From a virus: a stretch of 32,000 nucleotides of DNA. The position numbers and the translations under genes are program-made. Under the pieces are notes generated by a model. The model ran no database searches, had not been told where the DNA came from, and was given only the letters and a program-made list of their open reading frames with translations. The stretch lies in the IMG/VR virus record IMGVR_UViG_3300045988_037317, positions 12,149-44,148 of that record, one strand, 5' to 3'. Shown one piece after another: positions 18,288-24,921 of the stretch. Positions within the stretch are counted from its first letter, which is position 1. Each line of letters begins with the position of its first letter.

Positions 18288-18412
18288 CTCAGGGCGTCCG
18301 GTTGCGTTCAGCCTCCCGAGGCTATGCTTGTCTTACGTGGTTTGTGAGCACTAGTGGCTATGTCAACGGCAACGGCGCTTCTTATGCGAGTCCGTTCGCC
18401 CCGATTGTTTAT
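18288..18412 (+). repeat. DGR template repeat (TR)
   Basis: The non-coding copy of the VR, lying between avd and the RT. It retains A where VR has G, T or C, including two AAC codons that correspond to GGC in VR. It has 17 adenines, 8 of them substituted in VR. Confidence 0.9.
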
Positions 18413-18598
18413 CAATTTAAACTATATGGTCAACCTTAGATGTTGATACGATTTGATATGTGTAAACAAGGAATCTCATCCCTGCTCATTAGAGCGAACA
18501 ATACCGCATAATATACATAAATCAGTGTATTTTGCCACCGATGTTAGAGCCTCTTAAAAAAAGATGGTAGCTAACTATGACGGAAGGAAACTATTATT
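18413..18598 (+). ncRNA. TR-RT spacer, presumed 3' part of the DGR template RNA
   Basis: 186 nt without an ORF between TR and the RT start. It contains tcaacct (18430-18436), complementary to aggttga (18279-18285) just upstream of TR. The role is inferred by analogy with the Bordetella phage BPP-1 Sp region. Confidence 0.4.
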
Positions 18599-19642
18599 TT
18601 GGAAATAAAAGAATATATTACAGACTACGATCAATTGTTTGATTCAATGTTGAAATGTAAGAAAAATGTATCTTGGAAACCTAGCGTTAAATCATTTGTT
18701 TTAAATGGTGTAGAAAATTGTTTGAAGATGGAAGAACAATTGCAAAACGATACATGGATAAACAGAAAGCCTAAACCGATTGTTGTTACATATCCAAAAA
18801 GAAGGGAATGTTTAAGTATTCCTTTTAGAGATAGAGTTTATCAACGTAGTATTAACGATAATTCATTATATCCTCAAACAACAAAGCACTTTGTTTATAC
18901 AAATATAGCTTGTCAAAAGTTCAAAGGAACAAAGAAAGCTATGGATGTAATGAGACAATATCTTCATAGATATTACATCAACAACAAAACGAATGTAGGC
19001 TATGTTGTATGGATAGATATACATGGATATTATCAAAACATGAGGCATAAAGATGTTAATGAATGTTTTTATAAGATGTGCGATTCAGATACTGCTAGTA
19101 TGTCTCAAGATGTGTTAGATACACAATATTCAGGAGATATTGGATATAATCCAGGTTCTCAAATGGTTCAGATTGCTGGTATAAGCTTATTGAATGAATT
19201 AGACCATTTCATCAAAGAAAAACTACATTGCAAAAGTTTCATAAGATATATGGATGATTCATATTTGATTACAAATGACAAAGAAAAAGCGAAACAATGG
19301 AAGAAAATAGTTTGTGATAAGTTAATCGAATTAGGGTTTGAACCTAACCCAAAGAAAGCCAAGATTATAAGAATAGATAAAGGATTTATGTTTCTTGGAT
19401 TTAAAGCTACATTATCAAAAACGGGCAAGGTTTATTACAACCTAAGTTCAGAAAACATAAAACATGAAAGGCGAAAATTAAAGAAACAAGTCATTAAAGC
19501 TAAGAAAGGTGAAATGACAAAAGAAGAAATTGATGCAAGCCTTAATAGTTGGAAATCACACGCTGAATTAGGGAATACGTACAAGTTATTGCAAAGAATA
19601 GATGCGTATTACGCTAATCTATGGAAGGAGATAAAAGTATGA
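18599..19642 (+). CDS. DGR reverse transcriptase
   Basis: 347 aa with a TTG start. Motifs: SIPFRDRVYQRSI (compare PFRDRV of DGR RTs), DIGYNPGSQMVQI (an IGxxxSQ-like signature with one extra residue) and IRYMDDSYLI (YMDD catalytic box). There is no maturase or endonuclease extension. Confidence 0.9.
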   Translation: MEIKEYITDYDQLFDSMLKCKKNVSWKPSVKSFVLNGVENCLKMEEQLQNDTWINRKPKPIVVTYPKRRECLSIPFRDRVYQRSINDNSLYPQTTKHFVYTNIACQKFKGTKKAMDVMRQYLHRYYINNKTNVGYVVWIDIHGYYQNMRHKDVNECFYKMCDSDTASMSQDVLDTQYSGDIGYNPGSQMVQIAGISLLNELDHFIKEKLHCKSFIRYMDDSYLITNDKEKAKQWKKIVCDKLIELGFEPNPKKAKIIRIDKGFMFLGFKATLSKTGKVYYNLSSENIKHERRKLKKQVIKAKKGEMTKEEIDASLNSWKSHAELGNTYKLLQRIDAYYANLWKEIKV

Positions 19643-19836
19643 TTATCAAACAATTAGATGTTTCTATCGACAAACAAGCGGAAGAAGAATACCAAGCTTC
19701 TCAAATTCAATCTACAAAAGACGAATTGGCAAATCAAAAGTTTCTAACAGAATACGTTGCTTGTATGGCAGACATTGAATTACCTGTTGACGAAGAAGAA
19801 ACGGAGGGAATGATTCATGTACAGGATTTTGAATAA
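19639..19836 (+). CDS. Small acidic hypothetical protein (65 aa)
   Basis: ATG 19639 overlaps the RT stop (ATGA), with aaggag 7 nt upstream. The track's upstream in-frame ATG 19621 lacks an RBS. Confidence 0.5.
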   Translation: MIIKQLDVSIDKQAEEEYQASQIQSTKDELANQKFLTEYVACMADIELPVDEEETEGMIHVQDFE

Positions 19837-19960
19837 TCAGAAAAGCAGAGTGATTGATGGAAAATATAGTAAAGATAATTATATTTTCTTAGTTGAACAA
19901 GCTTATAATAAAAATAAAATCACTAAAGCAGAATATCAAGAGTTGATTGATTTTGAGTAA
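19817..19960 (+). CDS. XkdX-like small phage protein (47 aa)
   Basis: ATG 19817 follows ggaggga. Translation: MYRILNNQKSRVIDGKYSKDNYIFLVEQAYNKNKITKAEYQELIDFE. The C-terminal K-ITKAEYQELI pattern and the position before the holin match XkdX-family proteins (from memory). Below the track cutoff. Confidence 0.5.
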   Translation: MYRILNNQKSRVIDGKYSKDNYIFLVEQAYNKNKITKAEYQELIDFE

Positions 19961-20177
19961 TTTCGAGTATATTCAATATTTATTAGATATTATTGATAAG
20001 CAAAATAAAATCATTCAAGAACAGAATGAGATTCTATATATGAATGGAATTGATGTTTTGGACAAAGAGAAAGGGCGATAATGTACGTCCTTTTCTTTTC
20101 ATTATATAATTGAGATGCCATAAAACAGTACCTCAGAAAATATGAGAGAGATGAAATATTTTTGGAGGTGTAAATTT

Positions 20178-20558
20178 ATGAATGTACAAGATTTTTTAAC
20201 TTTATTACAGACTGTTGCTACTTTAGTTTGTGGTGGATTAGCTTTATATTTCAAATTCAGTACAAAAGCTAAAACCAAAGCAAAGGAAGTGCAAGAAGTG
20301 ATTGCTAGAATTACTGCACAAGCAGTTGTTTACATTAAAGAAGCAGAGGACAACTACAAAGATACAACTAATGCAGGTGGCAAGAAGTTTGAAGAAGTTG
20401 TTAGTAAGCTTTATGATCTAGTACCTGATGCATTGCATGGAATTATCACAAAAGAAATGATTAGTGAAATTGTTCAAAGTACTTTTGATGAAATTGAAGA
20501 ATACGTTAAGATTCAATTAGATAATGGAATTGATAAAATCAACGTCAAAGGTGACTAA
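20178..20558 (+). CDS. Holin (LL-H-family-like)
   Basis: ATG 20178 lies 9 nt after ggagg; the track start 20142 has no RBS. It has a single N-terminal TM helix (LLQTVATLVCGGLALYF) followed by a charged helical domain. Located two genes upstream of the endolysin. Confidence 0.6.
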   Translation: MNVQDFLTLLQTVATLVCGGLALYFKFSTKAKTKAKEVQEVIARITAQAVVYIKEAEDNYKDTTNAGGKKFEEVVSKLYDLVPDALHGIITKEMISEIVQSTFDEIEEYVKIQLDNGIDKINVKGD

Positions 20559-20959
20559 TGGGAAAAGTTATCACTATTGATTTAGAATATGTTTTATGGC
20601 TTCTAGGTTTCATTGCTTCCGCTTGGGGAGTAGTAAAGATTATTAAAGAGCTAAAGAAACCTAATGACAATTTAAAAGAAACTGTTAGAAAACACGAAGA
20701 ATGGTTAGCAAGAGATAATGAGAGAATTAAATCAATCGAAAGCTTAGTTATCACACAAGAAGGGATTAAGAAAGAATTGAATGAACATTCTAGAATGTTA
20801 GGGGAACATGAGGAAAGATTAGAAGAAGATAAGCAACGTGGTAATTTGACATTAAAAGCAAATATCGCAATTATCAACAATATGCTTTCTGAAAACGAAA
20901 AAGACAAGCTCCAAGAAACTAGAGACGAGATTCAAGACTTTCTGCTAGATAAAAACTAA
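20558..20959 (+). CDS. Membrane-anchored coiled-coil protein in the lysis cassette
   Basis: TAATG coupling to the holin. It has an N-terminal TM helix (LEYVLWLLGFIASAWGVV) followed by a charged coiled coil. Confidence 0.5.
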   Translation: MGKVITIDLEYVLWLLGFIASAWGVVKIIKELKKPNDNLKETVRKHEEWLARDNERIKSIESLVITQEGIKKELNEHSRMLGEHEERLEEDKQRGNLTLKANIAIINNMLSENEKDKLQETRDEIQDFLLDKN

Positions 20960-21058
20960 GGAGGAAAGAAATATGGAAGAAAAAGAAGTAAAATTTGAAG
21001 ATTTATCAGAAGAAGCTCAATCTGAGTTATCAAATGGAAAAGAAGAAGGTGAAGAAGA

Positions 21059-22156
21059 ATGTCATATTCAAGCTTAACAAATAAATATATTCCTGCTAGC
21101 GCAGACAACTATATGCGAGGACGTGGTGGCTATAAAGTATGTAAAATTACACCACACCACATGGCGTGTCAGTGGAGTGCCGAAAGATGTGCTCAATCAT
21201 TCCAAGTAAGTGGAAGAATGGCTAGTGCAAACTATTGTATCGGGTCAGATGGAACGATTGTTTCGAATGTTGATGAAGAAAATAGAGCATGGACATCATC
21301 AAACTACTACAACGATTGCCAATCAATTACAATTGAAGTTGCAAATGAAACGTGTGCGCCTAATTGGACTATCTCAACTAAAGCATGGAATGCATTGGTA
21401 AATTTATGTGTCGATATTTGTAAGAGATACGGATTTAGATTAAATTACACAGGAAACGCAAATGGAAGTTTGACAGAGCATAGAATGTTTGCAAGTACAA
21501 GTTGCCCAGGTCCTTTCCTACACGATAGAATGCCTCAATTAGCACAAGAAGTAAATGCTAGATTAGACGGTCAGACTGTAGCACCAAGCGCTCCTAGCAC
21601 TCCAAGCGCTCCAAGTGGTGAAAAGTATTCAGTCGGTACACCTATCTGCACAAATACATTAAGCGTTAACTGCTACGGAACTTCTAAAATCTTAAAAGGA
21701 GATTGGAGTGGAACAATCGGACGTGTAATCAAAGGTGCTAAATATCCATATCGTGTTGATCGTAATGGGGTAGCTATTGGATGGACAAATGATGCAGGTA
21801 TCGATACAGACCCTCATACACCAGTAGGAACGACGCAATCAAGTAGTGAAGCTATCGACCAAATCTTGCACGAAGGAAGCTATGTTACATCTGTGCACAT
21901 GAAAATCGGCAATCAAGGTTTGAAGAAAATCGGCGATGATTTATGTGCATACCTATCACAATTAGGCGGTTGGTTTCCAATTCGTATGGTAGACAAAGTG
22001 CCAAATTCAGATGGATATAATGACAATGTATTGCACACCACAAATGCAGTTGTCTATGTAACTAGAATCAGAGTTGATGCGGTTAATGTTCAAAAGAATA
22101 TTGTTAAAATTGGCGGTATTTGGGTTGACCCAACACCATTAACAGAAATTGCGTAA
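21059..22156 (+). CDS. Endolysin: N-acetylmuramoyl-L-alanine amidase (Amidase_2/PGRP-type) with a C-terminal binding region
   Basis: ITPHHMA...ASANYCIGSDGTIV...NRAWTSSN...SITIEVANE...LTEHRMFASTSCPG matches the Amidase_2 Zn-ligand pattern (H, H, C). A linker APSAPSTPSAPSG is followed by a ~180-aa C-terminal domain. Confidence 0.85.
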   Translation: MSYSSLTNKYIPASADNYMRGRGGYKVCKITPHHMACQWSAERCAQSFQVSGRMASANYCIGSDGTIVSNVDEENRAWTSSNYYNDCQSITIEVANETCAPNWTISTKAWNALVNLCVDICKRYGFRLNYTGNANGSLTEHRMFASTSCPGPFLHDRMPQLAQEVNARLDGQTVAPSAPSTPSAPSGEKYSVGTPICTNTLSVNCYGTSKILKGDWSGTIGRVIKGAKYPYRVDRNGVAIGWTNDAGIDTDPHTPVGTTQSSSEAIDQILHEGSYVTSVHMKIGNQGLKKIGDDLCAYLSQLGGWFPIRMVDKVPNSDGYNDNVLHTTNAVVYVTRIRVDAVNVQKNIVKIGGIWVDPTPLTEIA

Positions 22157-22321
22157 AGCACAAAAATAACACATATAAGTGTCAAAATTGTACAAAATGT
22201 GCAAAAATTACAATTAAATATCAATAAAAGTGTCATAATTTAAAAAAATGACACAAATCCTTCAACTATTTTTTGTGCTATTATTTTCATAGCTCGTCTA
22301 CTAGAGTAGAAGGAGTTTCCT

Positions 22322-22355
22322 AGACCGTATGATGTTTGTACGGTCTTTGCTTTTT
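22322..22355 (+). terminator. Intrinsic terminator ending the late/lysis operon
   Basis: agaccgta / tacggtct 8-bp stem with a 9-nt loop, followed by ttgcttttt. Confidence 0.7.
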
Positions 22356-22413
22356 GTGCTATAGTATATGCACATAGATTAGCAGAGTGCACAATGCGAC
22401 CAATACCACAATA

Positions 22414-22422
22414 TGGTATAAT
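22414..22422 (+). promoter_or_regulatory. Extended -10 promoter element (TGgTATAAT)
   Basis: Perfect TGnTATAAT. A weak -35 candidate tgcgac lies 16 nt upstream. Located in ORF-free DNA. Confidence 0.4.
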
Positions 22423-22622
22423 GTCTATGTTAGCTTGATGTACAAATCCAAGTTAGGCATATGGATTTATTAGTATTAATCTATAATCATACCAAGCGTG
22501 ACTGATTAATATTATTTTTATGCAAGTCGACTACAAAGAAACATTATTTTCTTACCACTGAATAGAGTACATTCTAGAAGTACTTGAAAGGTGGTTCTTT
22601 TTATATAAAATTCATACTGATA

Positions 22623-22631
22623 TGATATAAT
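22623..22631 (+). promoter_or_regulatory. Extended -10 promoter element (TGaTATAAT)
   Basis: Perfect TGnTATAAT, about 175 nt upstream of the 22805-22843 terminator. No credible ORF lies between them. Confidence 0.4.
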
Positions 22632-22804
22632 CATGTTGCTAGGAAAAAGCAGAGTGATAAAGGCCGAAGCTCTCTTTTGTGTAGAGACGATTGCAGACGT
22701 GTGATTGTATCTTCACTTTTCTCTTGTAGGCACTAGCATAAACAACAACAAAATGTGACAATTGCTAAAAGCTCCCCTTTTTAGATACTGTCACCAAAAC
22801 GATT

Positions 22805-22843
22805 CCATACCTCATCCACATCAGGTATGGTTTTTGTTTTTTT
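22805..22843 (+). terminator. Intrinsic terminator
   Basis: ccatacct / aggtatgg 8-bp stem with a 10-nt loop, followed by tttttgttttttt. Confidence 0.7.
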
Positions 22844-22930
22844 AACAAATCTTGAAAATTATATGCTATATTATTGATGTGTTCTTCATGGATGAACACA
22901 TCCTTTCTAAGATAACTAAAACTTATGCAA

Positions 22931-22965
22931 AAGAGTCTCCTTACCAAGCGGGAGACTTTTTTGTT
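22931..22965 (+). terminator. Intrinsic terminator
   Basis: agtctcc / ggagact 7-bp stem (extendable) with a 10-nt loop, followed by ttttttgttt. Confidence 0.65.
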
Positions 22966-23094
22966 TATATATTATAAGGAAAGGAAACAATAATATGTTT
23001 GTGGCATAATGGCATAAAGTAGCCTTATTTTTCACCTATTTTCACTAGTTTTTTATAAAATTTAAGTGTTATCTAAAGAAAGAGGGAAAATTAC

Positions 23095-24195
23095 ATGGCA
23101 GTAAAAAAAGATGAAAAAACAGGTACGTGGTATTTCTATGGCTCGTACAAAATGAAGAATGGAAAGTATAGACAATATAAGAAACGTGGCTTTCCAAAAA
23201 AGAAGGATGCAGTAAAAGCGGAGATTCTATTCAAAGAGAATATCAAAGACCCATACAAGAATATCACACTTGAGGAATTGTTTAATATCTATGCAGCATA
23301 TACAGAAAAGAGAATAAAAGAAAGCACCTATAAAGTTCAGAACAGATTGCTTGAAAGATGGATTGATATTTTAGGTGATGTGAACATAAAATCCATTACA
23401 ACACACGATATAGAATGTGCAATGGAATTAATGATTAATAACGTAGGATATGAAACTGCAAAGAATTACTTATCTAGAATCAATAAGATGTTAAGATTTG
23501 CAGTTCGTAAAGGATATTTAGAAACAAATCCTTGCTCCCCTGTTGAATTGGCTAAAAATCCAAACGAAAAGAAAACAGAAATGCAGTATTGGACTTTGGA
23601 ACAATTCAACTTGTTTATTCCTTATGTTGAAAATCCTTTGTATCATCTTCTATTCACGAATCAATTCTACATGGGGATGAGAATTGGAGAAACATTGGCT
23701 TTGACTTGGGAAGATGTGGATTTGGAAAATAATACGATTGCGATTAAAAAAACGTGGTCAAAAGATTTACATAAAATCACAACTCCAAAAACTCCAAACA
23801 GTTATAGAACGATTACCATGCCCAAGTTCTTATCGGATGAATACAGAGAGTTTAAAGAAATGTTGGATGTTCCTGAAAAATCATTTGTGTTCGGTATAGA
23901 TATTCCTGTATGCAATACGACAGTTAGAACGAGGATGAGAGAAGCTATTAAAATTGCAAACGAAAACAACGAAGAACAAATACCTATCATTCGTATACAC
24001 GATTTAAGGCACTCATGCGCTTCGTATATGATTGGCAATATGGTAAGAGATGGAAGCTCACATTTTAGCTTATATGACGTTGCAAAACGCTTAGGAGACA
24101 ATCTAAGCACTGTATTAAGTGTTTATGCTCATTGGCTACCTCAAGCCGATAAAGGAATTGCTAAATTAATGGATAAAGATAATGCACTAGATTAA
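23095..24195 (+). CDS. int: Tyrosine recombinase / phage integrase
   Basis: 366 aa. N-terminal SAM-like core-binding region. Catalytic signatures: MRIGETLALTWEDVDL (Arg), IHDLRHSCASYMI (H-x-x-R) and LSVYAHW (Tyr). Confidence 0.9.
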   Translation: MAVKKDEKTGTWYFYGSYKMKNGKYRQYKKRGFPKKKDAVKAEILFKENIKDPYKNITLEELFNIYAAYTEKRIKESTYKVQNRLLERWIDILGDVNIKSITTHDIECAMELMINNVGYETAKNYLSRINKMLRFAVRKGYLETNPCSPVELAKNPNEKKTEMQYWTLEQFNLFIPYVENPLYHLLFTNQFYMGMRIGETLALTWEDVDLENNTIAIKKTWSKDLHKITTPKTPNSYRTITMPKFLSDEYREFKEMLDVPEKSFVFGIDIPVCNTTVRTRMREAIKIANENNEEQIPIIRIHDLRHSCASYMIGNMVRDGSSHFSLYDVAKRLGDNLSTVLSVYAHWLPQADKGIAKLMDKDNALD

Positions 24196-24212
24196 TTTCT
24201 AGTGCTTTTTTT
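24184..24212 (+). terminator. Intrinsic terminator of int
   Basis: gcactag / ctagtgc 7-bp stem with the int stop codon in the loop, followed by ttttttt. Confidence 0.7.
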
Positions 24213-24220
24213 ATTAGTAA

Positions 24221-24249
24221 AAAGAAAAACACACTCTTTAGCGAGTGTG
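24221..24249 (-). terminator. Intrinsic terminator of the repressor transcript
   Basis: cacactc / gagtgtg 7-bp stem. On the - strand it is followed by tttttcttt. Located 110 nt past the repressor stop. Confidence 0.6.
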
Positions 24250-24360
24250 CCTTCCATGAAATAGAGAGAGATGAAAATACAGTTGCCTATTTACAGGCAC
24301 TTAAAGTTTATCATGTTTTTATGCGGACGTTTTGTGCTACCTCTAATTATCAGATGATTA

Positions 24361-24741
24361 TTATTCATCAATTCCTCGTTGCTTTCGTATGGTGTCAACA
24401 AACATTATTACTGATTCTATATCGTTATCAGTTAAATCACATACTTTGTCGAATAATTCATTAAGAAGATTATGGCTAGATAATTTATTACATATGGTCT
24501 TTAATCGTATGTCTTGTTTGTTTGGTCGTTCTTCAACTTCATATCCAAGAAATACAAGTGGTGATACATTAAAAATTTCTGCCATTTTTTGAATTGTTGA
24601 TCTTTTCAAATTTTCAACTCTTCCTTTTTCATATTTTGCTATCGCAGATTTCTGAACGCCTAATTTTTCTCCTAATTGTTCTTGTGTCCAATGGTTTTGC
24701 ATACGTAGCTTTTTAATCATTTCTCCTGTTTCCATTTTCAT
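24361..24741 (-). CDS. XRE-family HTH repressor (CI-like, short form without a peptidase domain)
   Basis: IKKLRMQNHWTQEQLGEKLGVQKSAIAKYEKGRVENLKRSTIQKMAEIFNVSP is a classic HTH_3 domain. It is divergent from a Cro-like gene. At 126 aa there is no S24 Ala-Gly / Ser-Lys region. Confidence 0.85.
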   Translation of the reverse strand: MKMETGEMIKKLRMQNHWTQEQLGEKLGVQKSAIAKYEKGRVENLKRSTIQKMAEIFNVSPLVFLGYEVEERPNKQDIRLKTICNKLSSHNLLNELFDKVCDLTDNDIESVIMFVDTIRKQRGIDE

Positions 24742-24779
24742 ATACCTTTGTCAAATTATCGTGACCTCCTTATATATTG

Positions 24780-24877
24780 ATTCTAACAAATATGTATCGT
24801 GAAATTCAACTTACAGTTTAATAAGTTTCTAAAAAAGGCACATTTCATGTTGCAAAAAGATAAAATAGTGATATACT
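24780..24877. promoter_or_regulatory. Divergent lysogeny/lytic switch promoters
   Basis: - strand: TTGAAT (24804-24809), 18-nt spacer, TAGAAT (24780-24785). + strand: TTGCAA (24850-24855), 16-nt spacer, TGaTATACT (24869-24877). Confidence 0.55.
24825..24841. promoter_or_regulatory. Operator-like site Oa (GTTTCTAAAAAAGGCAC)
   Basis: One of three related 17-bp pseudo-palindromes. It lies between the two -35 elements. Confidence 0.5.
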
Positions 24878-24881
24878 ATAA

Positions 24882-24898
24882 GTGTCTTAAAAAGACAC
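24882..24898. promoter_or_regulatory. Operator-like site Ob (GTGTCTTAAAAAGACAC, perfect palindrome)
   Basis: 7-3-7 perfect inverted repeat immediately downstream of the lytic -10, over the expected transcription start. Confidence 0.55.
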
Positions 24899-24921
24899 CT
24901 CAAAAAAAAGGTGGTGATAAA

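Larger units (their letters stand above)
16563..19642 (+). mobile_element. Diversity-generating retroelement cassette: target(VR) - avd - TR - spacer - RT
   Basis: A 125-bp repeat pair is 115/125 identical, and 8 of the 10 mismatches sit at adenines of the non-coding copy. An Avd-sized basic ORF lies between the copies. The RT ORF carries PFRDRV, IGYNPGSQ and YMDD motifs. The gene order is canonical for a DGR. Confidence 0.9.

Noticed and set aside
18599-19642. The RT considered as a retron, group II intron or abortive-infection RT
   Set aside because: There is no maturase/X or endonuclease domain, no intron-like flanking structure and no msr/msd-like inverted repeats. Instead there is an adjacent TR with a cognate VR mutated at adenine sites, plus an Avd-sized ORF. 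The PFRDRV and IG...SQ motifs also fit DGR RTs.
20142-20177. Track start (ATG 20142) for the holin ORF
   Set aside because: There is no RBS, and the extension adds a charged 12-aa leader before the TM helix. ATG 20178 has ggagg 9 nt upstream.
22765-22947. 60-aa minus-strand ORF in the lysin-integrase intergenic region
   Set aside because: It has a TTG start with no RBS and spans two + strand terminator hairpins. The translation has no recognisable features, so the region is treated as non-coding.
22157-24360. Looked for a tRNA gene or tRNA 3' fragment (T-loop GGTTCGAATCC-like plus acceptor end) that would mark the attP core
   Set aside because: Nothing tRNA-like was recognisable by eye, so the attP position is left unresolved rather than guessed.
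24389-24592. 67-aa + strand ORF antisense to the repressor gene. Same-strand alternative-frame ORFs 9698..9931, 21210..21401, 23714..23899 and 25282..25488 were considered with it.
   Set aside because: All are nested within well-supported genes, lack RBSs and have no recognisable motifs.
24799-24921. Track-proposed 5' extension of the cro-like ORF (start at 24799)
   Set aside because: The extension would read through the divergent promoters and two operator-like sites, and it has no RBS. ATG 24922 has aaggtggtg upstream.
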